This document shows positions 22,506-31,753 of a stretch of 32,000 bases of DNA, one piece after another. The notes beneath the pieces are model-generated. The model did no database searches. It worked only from the letters and a program-made list of their open reading frames with translations, and had not been told where the DNA came from. Made by a program: the position numbers and the translations under genes. Source of the stretch: Mycoplasma mycoides subsp. capri (GTDB lineage: Bacteria; Bacillota_I; Bacilli_A; Mycoplasmatales; Mycoplasmataceae). Location: the NCBI RefSeq assembly GCF_018389705.1, contig NZ_CP065581.1, positions 720,001 through 752,000 of the forward strand, read 5' to 3'. Position 1 is the stretch's first letter; each line of letters begins with the position of its first letter.

Positions 22506-24260
22506 ATGAGTTTAAAACAACAAGTTGATTTATTACCAAATAAACCTGGTTGTTATTTATTTTTTAATAAAGATAATGATGTGATTTATGTTGGAAAAGC
22601 TAAAAATTTAAAAAAAAGAGTTAGTACTTATTTTAATAAAGCTTATAATATCAAAACAACAAGACTAGTTAGAGAAATTACTGATTTAAAATATTTTATT
22701 GTTGATAATGAAAAAGAATCATTATTATTAGAAAAAAATCTAATTAAAAAATATCATCCAAAATATAACGTTTTATTAAATGATGATAAAACCTATCCAT
22801 ACATAATAATTACTAACCAAAAAGATCCAATGTATAAGTATGTAAGAAAATATGATAAAAAAGCTTTAAAAAACTATGGACCTTTACCAATTGGAAGTAA
22901 TGCTAGATCTATTTTATTAACACTACAACGTTTATTTCCTTTAAGAATGTGTCAAGGTAATTTAAATAAACCTTGTTTATATTATCATTTAAATCAATGT
23001 TCTGGAGCTTGTTTTAAACAAGTTGATCCTAGTTATTATGAATATCAAATAAAACAAGTTGATAAATTTTTTAAAGGAGAAATTAATCAAGTAAAACAAA
23101 CTTTAATTAAACAAATGCAAAAAGCTAGTGATAATTTACAATTTGAACAAGCTCAAAGAATTAAAGATCAAATTACTAGTCTAGATTTTATTACTGCAAA
23201 ACAAAATGTTGATATTGTTACAAATAAAAATATTGATGTAATTAATTATGAAATTAATCAAGACAAAATTTGTTTTGTAATGTTATTTTATAGATTAGGT
23301 CAATTAACTTATAAAGATGAATATATTCAAAATTATGAAGGTCAAAATTTAAGCGAATTATTTAATAGTTATTTACAACAAATTTATCAAAAAAATATTT
23401 ATCCTGATGTTTTATTAATTCCAAATGAAATTCAATTATTAGATTTAGATCAAAACTTATTAGAATTTAGTTCATATAGTTTGAATAAACAAGATGATAT
23501 ATTTATTAAATTAGCAAAACAAAATGCTATTGATAGTTTAAATAAATCAGTTATTTCACATAATGTTAATAGTGGAGATGAGATTGAAATTTTAGAGCAA
23601 TTAAAGCAAATCTCAAATGCATCAAAATATTTAAAACGTATTGAAGTATTTGATATATCAAATATTTATAATCAGTTTATAACTGGAGCTTGTATAGTTT
23701 ATATTAATGCAAAACCAATTAGAAATGAATTTAGAAAATATAATATAGATCCAAGCTATACTTCAGATTTTAGTAGAATGAAGTTTATGCTAGAAAAAAG
23801 ATTTTTAAAACAGATAAAAGAAAAAGAGCAATTACCAGATCTTATTATTGTTGATGGTGGAATTATTCAAATTCATGCAGCTAAAGAAGTTTTAAATAAA
23901 TTAAATTTAAAGATTGATGTTATTGGTTTAAGTAAAGATGATCATCATAAAACTAGATATTTAATCGATATTTTTGAACAAACTATTGATATTAAAAACT
24001 TTAAAAAATTGTATAACTTTTTAACAAGCCTGCAAATCAGAGTTGATGAATATGCAAAATCTGGATTTAGAAAAAAATATCACAATCAATTAAATGATCA
24101 AATTCTTTTAATAAAAGGTGTTGGTAAAAAAACTAATTTAAAATTATATAAACATTTTAAAACAATTGATAATATTAAAAACGCTAGTTTTGATGAGTTA
24201 AATAAAGTTATAAATAATAAAAAAATTACTAATTTAATCATTAGTAATCTTAATAAATAG
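22506..24260 (+). CDS. uvrC: Excinuclease ABC subunit C (584 aa)
   Basis: Intact ORF with an N-terminal GIY-YIG domain (GCYLFF..VIYVGKAKNLKKRV), a UVR domain (FEQAQRIKDQI) and a C-terminal HhH region. It starts 9 nt after the preceding stop. Confidence 0.95.
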   Translation: MSLKQQVDLLPNKPGCYLFFNKDNDVIYVGKAKNLKKRVSTYFNKAYNIKTTRLVREITDLKYFIVDNEKESLLLEKNLIKKYHPKYNVLLNDDKTYPYIIITNQKDPMYKYVRKYDKKALKNYGPLPIGSNARSILLTLQRLFPLRMCQGNLNKPCLYYHLNQCSGACFKQVDPSYYEYQIKQVDKFFKGEINQVKQTLIKQMQKASDNLQFEQAQRIKDQITSLDFITAKQNVDIVTNKNIDVINYEINQDKICFVMLFYRLGQLTYKDEYIQNYEGQNLSELFNSYLQQIYQKNIYPDVLLIPNEIQLLDLDQNLLEFSSYSLNKQDDIFIKLAKQNAIDSLNKSVISHNVNSGDEIEILEQLKQISNASKYLKRIEVFDISNIYNQFITGACIVYINAKPIRNEFRKYNIDPSYTSDFSRMKFMLEKRFLKQIKEKEQLPDLIIVDGGIIQIHAAKEVLNKLNLKIDVIGLSKDDHHKTRYLIDIFEQTIDIKNFKKLYNFLTSLQIRVDEYAKSGFRKKYHNQLNDQILLIKGVGKKTNLKLYKHFKTIDNIKNASFDELNKVINNKKITNLIISNLNK

Positions 24261-24330
24261 CTTTTTAGTATATATTTTAATTTTAATTCTTAGATTTGAT
24301 ATATTAATAGTAAAATACTTCATTAGTAAA

Positions 24331-24359
24331 TAGATATTAATTGGTCTTTATTATATAAT
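24331..24359 (+). promoter_or_regulatory. Candidate promoter for greA
   Basis: TAGATA (24331-24336), a 17-nt spacer, then perfect TATAAT (24354-24359). It lies 24 nt upstream of the ATG, with AAGGAG at 24371-24376. Confidence 0.35.
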
Positions 24360-24382
24360 TAATAAGTTATAAGGAGAAAGTC

Positions 24383-24856
24383 ATGTCAAAAGAAATTATT
24401 TTAACTCAAGAAGGATTAGAAGAATTAAAAGCAGAACTTAAACATCTTTTAGAAGTTGTTAGACCTAAAGTAATTGAAGAATTAGTTGAAGCACGTAATC
24501 AAGGAGATTTAAGTGAAAATGCTGATTATGATGCTGCTAGAAACAGACAAGCTGAAGTTGAAGCAAGAATTAAAGAAGTTGAAACTTTAATTAATAGAGC
24601 TAAAGTTATTGATGATTCTAAAACTCATTCAACTGGTGAAGTTAAAATTGGATCAACTGTACAATTTGTTTCAAGTTTAGATAATAAATTAAAAGAAATT
24701 AAAATTGTTGGTGCTATTGAAGCTGATCCTTTTTCTAATCTAATTTCTAATGAATCACCAATAGCTAAAGCTATAATTGGTAAAAAAGTTAATACTACTG
24801 TTGAAATTAAAGATATTTCAAAACCTTACAAAATCACAATTAAAAGCATTAAATAA
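24383..24856 (+). CDS. greA: Transcription elongation factor GreA (157 aa)
   Basis: Intact ORF. The coiled-coil N-terminus carries the acidic tip GDLSENADYDAAR, and the C-terminal domain has SPIAKAIIGKKV. Confidence 0.95.
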   Translation: MSKEIILTQEGLEELKAELKHLLEVVRPKVIEELVEARNQGDLSENADYDAARNRQAEVEARIKEVETLINRAKVIDDSKTHSTGEVKIGSTVQFVSSLDNKLKEIKIVGAIEADPFSNLISNESPIAKAIIGKKVNTTVEIKDISKPYKITIKSIK

Positions 24857-24859
24857 TAT

Positions 24860-24888
24860 AGCTATTGTCATTTCAATAGCTTTTTTTA
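24860..24888 (+). terminator. Rho-independent terminator after greA
   Basis: agctattg (24860-24867) pairs with caatagct (24874-24881). The loop is tcattt and a T-run follows from 24881 to 24887. Confidence 0.7.
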
Positions 24889-24898
24889 TAGGAGTAAT

Positions 24899-25621
24899 AT
24901 GAAAAAATTAGTTGTTATTACTGGAGCAAGTTCTGGAATCGGTTTAGCTTGTGCTAAGTATTTTTCAGATAAAGGTCATCCTTTATTAATACTTGCAAGA
25001 AGAAAAGAATTATTAGATGATTTAAACTTACCAAATACTTTAACTGCTAGAGTTGATGTTAGAGATTTTAATCAATTAGATCAAGCAATTAAACAAGCAG
25101 AAAATATATATGGTCCAGTTGATCTATTAATTAATAATGCTGGAATTATGATTCTAGAAAAATATCAAGATCAAAAATTAGAAGATAAATACAATATGAT
25201 TGATATTAACATCAAAGGTGTTATTAATGGAATGGATGCTGTTTTAAAAAGTATGTTAAAACAAAATCATGGAACAATAGTTAATATTTCAAGTGTTGCA
25301 GCTAGATATACTTATACTGATCATTCAGTTTATTGTGGATCTAAATATGCCATTAACGCAATAACTGAACAATTAAGAAGAGAACTAAGTCATACTAATA
25401 TTAGATTTACTTTAATTGAACCAGCAATTGTTAATACTAATTTATTAAGTAGTACAACAAATAAACAAGTAAAAGATGATTATCAAAAATCAATTGATGA
25501 AATCAATGGTGGATTAAAACCAGAACAAATTGCTCAAACTATTTATTATGTATATTCACTACCAGATGATGTGATGATTCCTGAATTAATGATTGCTCAC
25601 ACTAATGAATCTGAAGTTTAA
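24899..25621 (+). CDS. Short-chain dehydrogenase/reductase, classical SDR, copy 2 (240 aa)
   Basis: TGASSGIG, NNAG and SSVAA..YCGSK motifs. About three quarters of residues are identical to copy 1 by eye. SD TAGGAG. Confidence 0.85.
   Translation: MKKLVVITGASSGIGLACAKYFSDKGHPLLILARRKELLDDLNLPNTLTARVDVRDFNQLDQAIKQAENIYGPVDLLINNAGIMILEKYQDQKLEDKYNMIDINIKGVINGMDAVLKSMLKQNHGTIVNISSVAARYTYTDHSVYCGSKYAINAITEQLRRELSHTNIRFTLIEPAIVNTNLLSSTTNKQVKDDYQKSIDEINGGLKPEQIAQTIYYVYSLPDDVMIPELMIAHTNESEV
25214..25268 (+). repeat. 55-nt tract identical to 17360..17414 (inside SDR copy 2)
   Basis: See the partner feature at 17360..17414. A second identical tract of 36 nt lies at 24907..24942, matching 17053..17088. 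Confidence 0.9.
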
Positions 25622-26314
25622 TTATAATCTATTAATAAATTCTTTAATAAGTAAGTTAAATGAATGATTAAATTCATTTTCTAAAATACAATAATAAACT
25701 ATTTTTAAATAATCTAGTTCTTTAATTTTTTTAGTTTTATATAATCTAGTTACATATTTATTTGTTCATCTAACAAACTCAGTAGAATTAAATAATTGAT
25801 TATTAATATTTTCATTATACAAATCTTTTAAATTAGATTTATATTGATTTGGAATTAGTTTTAAAACTTCAATAGTAAACCTTTGAAATTTATCTTTTAA
25901 AGTTTTATTTGAAATCATTAAAACTAATTCTTTTTTATTTAAAATCTGATCATCATCTAATTGGTTATAAAAATCAATCATTGCTAAAATAGCAAAATTA
26001 AATCCAACTAATCTAATATATGTTCTGATCTGATTTTGAAATTTAGCTAGTAATTTTTTATTAGTTAATATATGAGATAGTTTTGGATTAAAAAAATGTA
26101 AGTAATTATTAGTTGATCTAAAAAACTTATCCAAACTTACTTGTTCAATCGTATTAAAATCTAAATAATCATTTGGATTCAAATTAAAATGTGAAATGAA
26201 TTTTTTTAATTTAAATATTAGTTTATTTATTTTTTTATTTCACCAAGGATTAATGTGACTATATGAGTTTAAGTCTTTAGATTTTAGTTCTCTTAGTCTA
26301 TAAATTTCAATCAT
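25622..26314 (-). CDS. Hypothetical soluble protein (230 aa)
   Basis: Track ORF 25766..26182 extends both ways through TGA (25766-25768, 26240-26242). Upstream it reaches ATG 26312-26314, with an in-frame TAA just above. Downstream it reaches TAA at 25622-25624. I read it codon by codon. I recognise no motif. Confidence 0.65.
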
Positions 26315-26366
26315 TTCTTATGCTCTTTTCTATATTATATATTAAAATAAAATATTACTAGTAATG

Positions 26367-26372
26367 TATAAT
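26367..26372 (+). promoter_or_regulatory. Candidate -10 box (TATAAT) for the 26396..31727 operon
   Basis: Perfect TATAAT 24 nt upstream of the ATG at 26396, followed by AAGGAG at 26385-26390. The 12-bp palindrome ATTACTAGTAAT abuts it at 26354-26365. Confidence 0.35.
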
Positions 26373-26395
26373 TAAGGTAGTTTAAAGGAGTTTTT

Positions 26396-27085
26396 ATGAA
26401 TAAAAAAGAGATATTTAACACTGATTTTTTTGAATCAGGTTTAGCTTATATTCTAACTAATTTAGATTTTATTCAAGAAGAATTAGAACAAGAAAAACTA
26501 CAAACTAGTCTAGTAGAAAAATTAATAACTGATTTTGAAGATGTTGAAGATTATGAAACATGAGATTTATTAACTAATAATTTAATTCAATCTGAAGATA
26601 AGATTTTAGAAGAAATTCTAAAAATAAAAGACTCAACAAAATTCAATTTATTAAATAGTTATTTTTTAGCAAAAAATCTTGCTATTTATTTAAAGTCTAA
26701 TAGTTTTTTAATAGAACAAATAAACAAATTACAAACAAATTCTCCTGATGATTTATCAGAAGATAAAAAAGAAGAATTTATTAATAACTTAAAACAAGAA
26801 ATTTTAAAAAATAATTCAGAATTATACAAACAAAATGAAAAATTATTTAAAGAAATATTTGATAAAAAAGTTGAGTTTAAAAAAATCTATCAACTTTTAA
26901 TTAAAGAAACTGAGTTTGAAGATTTTAATTACGCAAATGAATTATTATTTAATATGTTAAATAACAGCTTCAAATTTAATAACAAACAAGATTTATTAAA
27001 ATTAGAAGTTTTAAATAATGCTCAATCTTTAATAGATTTTCTTACTTTTTATGAATCTAGTTTATTTGATGATGAAGAAGAATAA
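26396..27085 (+). CDS. Hypothetical highly acidic, predicted helical protein (229 aa); absent from the ORF track
   Basis: ATG at 26396, 5 nt after AAGGAG. I translated all 230 codons and found one in-frame TGA (26570-26572), no TAA or TAG, and a TAA stop at 27083-27085. The protein is rich in E/D/K/L/N and ends in DDEEE. Confidence 0.65.
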
Positions 27086-27087
27086 AA

Positions 27088-27666
27088 ATGTCTAGTAAAC
27101 TAATAGCAATAATAATTTTTACAGTTATTTATTTAATTTTTTTATTAATAACTTTTATATTAACTTATTTTTATCAAATTAAAAATAAAGATTTTATTGA
27201 ATTTAATAAAAAATATCTAAATGAATGAAGCAAATATAAGTTTGATAATAAAAACTCAACATTAAATCAAATTGATTTTAAATATCAATTACCAGAAAAT
27301 GAAATTGGATTATTTCAAAAAGAACTTTTAATATCAGGAATTAATCAAAAAATTAAAGATTATAAAGATTATTTTGATGATGATTATTTAATATTAAAAA
27401 AGAGTTTAAGTTTATATCAAACTACAAGTTATGACTTTAAACAAGTGAAATTATATTTAACTAATCTACATTTAGTAATTGATGATAACAATCAATTTTA
27501 TAAATATAAAATTAGTGAAATTAAAAGTTGTAGTATTTGTGTGATTAGAGATAAAAATCTTTTACAAAAAGGTTGTGTTTTAAAAACAAATGATCAAAGT
27601 CTAACAATTTTAGGGGATGTTTTTTTACTAGTATTATCTATTAAAAAACTTAAAAAGGAGTTTTAA
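27088..27666 (+). CDS. Hypothetical membrane protein: one N-terminal TM plus a PH/GRAM-like C-terminal region (192 aa)
   Basis: The ATG lies 2 nt after the preceding stop. TM segment LIAIIIFTVIYLIFLLITFILTYF. It joins in frame, through TGA at 27226-27228, to track ORF 27445. The C-terminus VKLYLTNLHLVI...ISEIKSCSI...LTILGD...LSIKKLKKEF has the beta-strand/terminal-helix pattern of bacterial PH/GRAM-like domains. That domain call is inference. Confidence 0.6.
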
Positions 27667-27667
27667 T

Positions 27668-28228
27668 ATGAAAGTTGATTATTCAGCAAGTATCGTTTTA
27701 AGTTTTACAGTTTTTATATTAACTTTAGTATTATTTTTAATAAATTTTTATTGATTAAGCAAAGTAAAAAAGATTTATAACCAAATAAAAGATCAAAACC
27801 TAGAATTTAATTTTAATAAAAATAGATATTCAAATATTAAGTCAATAAATATTTTTAATTGCATATTTTGACTTTGTATTCTAGTAATTTTTACAATTTT
27901 AAAATTTAAAAATTTATTAAATGAAAATTTTTTATACGAGTTAATAATAATAGGTTCAATCATGTGTGAATTTTTTATTTTTGTAATTTTAACTTACTTA
28001 ATATCTAATTTAATATTTGTTAAAACTGAAAAGTATTTAGTTATAGTTAATAGATTAATTGATTTAAGATCTGTTTTTAAAATTGAAATTTCAGAACGAT
28101 TTATAAAAGTTATTTATATAAATGCATTTCATACAAAAAGTAGATTATGATTTTATAATACAAATAATTTAGATCAATGATTTGAAACACACTTTAAAGA
28201 ATTAATCAGAAAGGATAAACAATGATAA
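27668..28228 (+). CDS. Hypothetical membrane protein: three TM segments plus a small C-terminal domain (186 aa)
   Basis: The ATG lies 1 nt after the preceding stop. TM segments are IVLSFTVFILTLVLFLINFYW, IFNCIFWLCILVIFTIL and IIIGSIMCEFFIFVILTYLISNLIF. The same frame as track ORF 27962 continues past TGA 28148-28150 to ...KDKQW and TAA 28226-28228. Confidence 0.6.
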
Positions 28229-28812
28229 AACAAGCTAGTTTTATAACTTCAGCAGCAAATAAAAGCAATTGAATTAATGATGATGTTAGTGAAATTTGTT
28301 TAATTGGTAGAAGTAATGTTGGAAAATCTAGTTTTATAAATTCACTTACAAATAATAATAAACTAGCAAAAATCTCAAATACTCCTGGGAAAACTAGATT
28401 ATTAAATTTTTTTGAAATCAATAAAGGAGAGTATCGCTTAGTTGATGCTCCAGGATATGGTTATGCTAAAGTTGATGATAATTTAAAAATTCAATTTGCA
28501 AAAATGATGGAAGAATATTTTATTAATCGCAAAAATTTAAAAGGGGTTTTTTTATTATTAGATCTAAGACATAAACCTAGTAATGATGATATAATGATGT
28601 ATCAATTTTTAAAACATTACAATATACCAGTTGTTATAATTGGTACTAAATTAGATAAATTAAAAAAGAGTGAATATATTAAAAATGAAAAAATGATCAA
28701 AGAAACAATAAATTTTTATCAAGAAGATGACTTTATTAAGATTTCTAATTTAGATAAGACTAATATTATTAAGTGTTATGAGTTAATAGATAAACTTTTA
28801 GGGAGTAAATAG
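28222..28812 (+). CDS. engB: Ribosome biogenesis GTP-binding protein EngB/YsxC/YihA (196 aa)
   Basis: The ATG at 28222 overlaps the upstream gene by 7 nt. G1 is GRSNVGKSS, G2-region is TPGKT, G3 is DAPGYG and G4 is TKLDK. It joins track ORF 28504 in the same frame, with one TGA at 28270-28272. Confidence 0.9.
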
Positions 28813-28820
28813 TTTTATAT

Positions 28821-31727
28821 ATGGATAATTTAGAGCAAAAAACGATTCACGAAGTTCAACAAGAACTAAATACAAATATTAAAACTGGATTATCAAATCA
28901 AACAGCTAGTGAATTACTAATTAAAAATGGTAAAAATGAACTAGCAAAAAATAAGCAAACTCCAGCTATTTTAATCTTTTTAAAATCTTTAATTCAACCG
29001 ATTCAAATTGTTTTATTTATTGCTGCAATTATTTCAGTAATTGCTCCATTAATTTCATCTAAACACTTTGAGGTTAAATTTGATGATTTTATTGATTTTA
29101 TAGTAATTATGGGTGTTATTTTATTAGATGCTACTTTAGAAACTGTTCAACAAATCAAAGCCAGAAAATCAGTTGATGCTTTAAAATCACTTTCTAAACC
29201 ATCTGCTGTTGTTTTAAGAGATTCAATTGTTAAAGAAATTGATGCTAGTGAATTAGTAGTTGGTGATATTGTAATATTAGAAGCCGGAAAATATGTTCCA
29301 GCAGATTTACGCTTATTAGAATCAAGTGATTGTATGGTTGAAGAATCAATTCTAACTGGTGAATCAGTTCCAGTTGAAAAAAGTAGTAAATCAATTAAAC
29401 AAACAAATATTTTAGCTGAAAAGAAAAATATTTGTTTTATGTCAACTTTTGTAACTTCAGGAAGAGCAATTGGAGTTGTTATTAAAACTGGGATTGATAC
29501 AGAAATTGGAAAAATTTCTAAAACAATTTCAGATAATGAAGAACAAGTAACACCACTAGAAAAGAAAATGAATAGATTTAGTTATTTAATTTCTATTCTT
29601 GCAATTATTATTAGTATTTTTGTATTTATTAGTTTTATGATTTCATCAAACAAAAGCAATTGAGCTACTTATTTAATGATTTCTATAACTTTAGCAATTG
29701 GTGTTATTCCTGAATCACTTTCTGCTATTGTTTCTATTGCTTTATCTTTTGCTACAAAAAGAATGGCAAAAAATAATGTTATTGTTAAAAAATTAGAAAG
29801 TATTGAAACTTTAGGATCAGTTAATGTTATTTGTACTGATAAAACTGGAACATTAACTCAAAATAAAATGGCTATTAAAAAACTGATTTGAAATAATGAA
29901 ATTATTTTAGCTGACGAATTTATCAATAAAACTAAAAACGAACAGGCAAAGAACTTGTTTTTAAAATCTTTAGTCTTACCAAATGATTCAATAACTGAAA
30001 ATGATGAAAGAATTGGAGATCCAACTGAACTTGCGTTAGTTGATTTTGCTGAACAAATGCAAATTGATGAACAAGAGTTTAGAAAGAAATATCCAAGAAT
30101 TTTTGAAATACCTTTTGATAGTGAACGTAAATTAATGACAACTGTTAATGTTTTAGAAAATGAACAACAATTTGTTTTTACAAAAGGTGCTTTAGATCAA
30201 ATATTAAAAAAATGTACTAAGATTTTTATTAATAATAAAGTTGTTAAATTAACTAATACTCACAAAAAAGAAATTAAAAAGCTTTCAACTTCATTAAGTG
30301 ATGATGCTTTAAGAGTTTTAGGATTTGGTGTAAAACAAATTATAACTCAAGATCAAAAAACTGAAGATGATTTAATTTTTATAGGAGCAGTTGGAATGAT
30401 TGATCCTATAAGAAAAGAAGCTTTAATTGCTATTCAACAAGCAAAAGCAGCTGGTATTAAAACAATTATGATAACTGGTGATCATGCAATTACTGCTTTA
30501 GCAATAGCAAGAGATTTGGAATTAGCTTATACTCAATATGAAGTAATGTCTTCTGAAAAACTAGAACAATACACTGATCAAGAATTAGAAAGTGCTATTG
30601 ATAATATTAAAATTTTTGCAAGAGTTAATCCTGAACATAAAGTGAGAATTGTTCAAGCTTTACAAAAAAAAGGATATATTGTTTCAATGACAGGTGATGG
30701 AGTTAATGATGCTCCAAGTTTAGCAATAGCTGATATTGGTGTTGCTATGGGTGTTAGTGGAACTGATGTTGCAAAACAAGCTGCTGATGTCATTTTAACT
30801 AATGATGATCTAAATACAATGATGGTTGGAGTCTTAGAAGGACGTAATGTTTATCAAAAAATCAGAAGAGCTATTGTTTTATTATTAGGATTTAATTTTG
30901 CAAATGTTATAAGTATTGTAATTATTTCTTTATTATTAAAAATTTCTCCACTAACTGCTACAAATATTTTATTTATCAATTTAGTTGTTGATTCTTGTTT
31001 AGCTTTTGGAATTGGAATGAGCCCAATTGATAGAACACTTTTAAAAAATAAACCTCAATTAAGAAATAAAAGTATACTTAATGAAATAATATGACCATTA
31101 TTTAAAGTAGGTTTATCTTTATCAGTTGCTCAAATTATTTCATTTATAATTGGAATGTCAGCAACAAATCTTGATTATTATAATAATTTAAGCAGTTATA
31201 CTAAGGCTCAAAATTGATTTTTATTTATTCAACAAAATAATCAAATTCTATTATCTAATATAGAAGATATGCATGACTTTGTAGTTTTTGGAAGAACTAG
31301 TATGTTTATTACAAGTATTATTTCACCAATTTTATTTACACATTTAATCAAACTAACTAATTGAAAAGATACTAAAAAAATAGATTGAACTATTTCAAAA
31401 CCTCTAATTTATTCATGTATAATCGCTTTATTAATTTCAATAATTGTTTTTTCAATACCTGTGTTTAATTCAAAAGTATTTGGTTTAGCTGGTATTAATG
31501 ATACAAAAGCATATATTAATTGAAGTTCTAAAAATATGTGAATTTTATTTTCAAGTTTAGCATGTGCTTTAATTCCGTTTACATTTATATTAATAACTGA
31601 TGCTATTGAATTTTATTCATATCACTTATCAAATAGAACATGAGAAAAAAGACAAAAACTAATAAAACAAATTATAGATCAAGAACAAAAAGAAAAACTT
31701 AGAGAAGATAAAAAAAATCAAGGGTAA
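28821..31727 (+). CDS. P-type cation-transporting ATPase, P2 (Ca2+/Mg2+-ATPase-like) class (968 aa)
   Basis: TGES, DKTGTLT, ITGDH and MTGDGVNDAPSL motifs, an N-terminal cation-ATPase-N helix, and about 10 TM segments. Fragments 28821, 29676, 29955 and the unlisted tail share one frame. I read the gaps and the 31095-31727 tail (TGA only). Stop is TAA at 31725-31727. Confidence 0.9.
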
Positions 31728-31739
31728 CCTTGATTTTTT
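31711..31739 (+). terminator. Rho-independent terminator with the ATPase stop codon in its loop
   Basis: aaaatcaagg (31714-31723), loop gtaa, ccttgatttt (31728-31737), then more T. On the other strand it can also serve the convergent gene. Confidence 0.75.
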
Positions 31740-31753
31740 ATTTACTTTAATTA

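Noticed and set aside
28206-28421. Track ORF on the minus strand (71 aa) overlapping the engB 5' region
   Set aside because: It lies antisense to the EngB G1/G2 motifs (GRSNVGKSS is read on the plus strand), so it is a shadow ORF.
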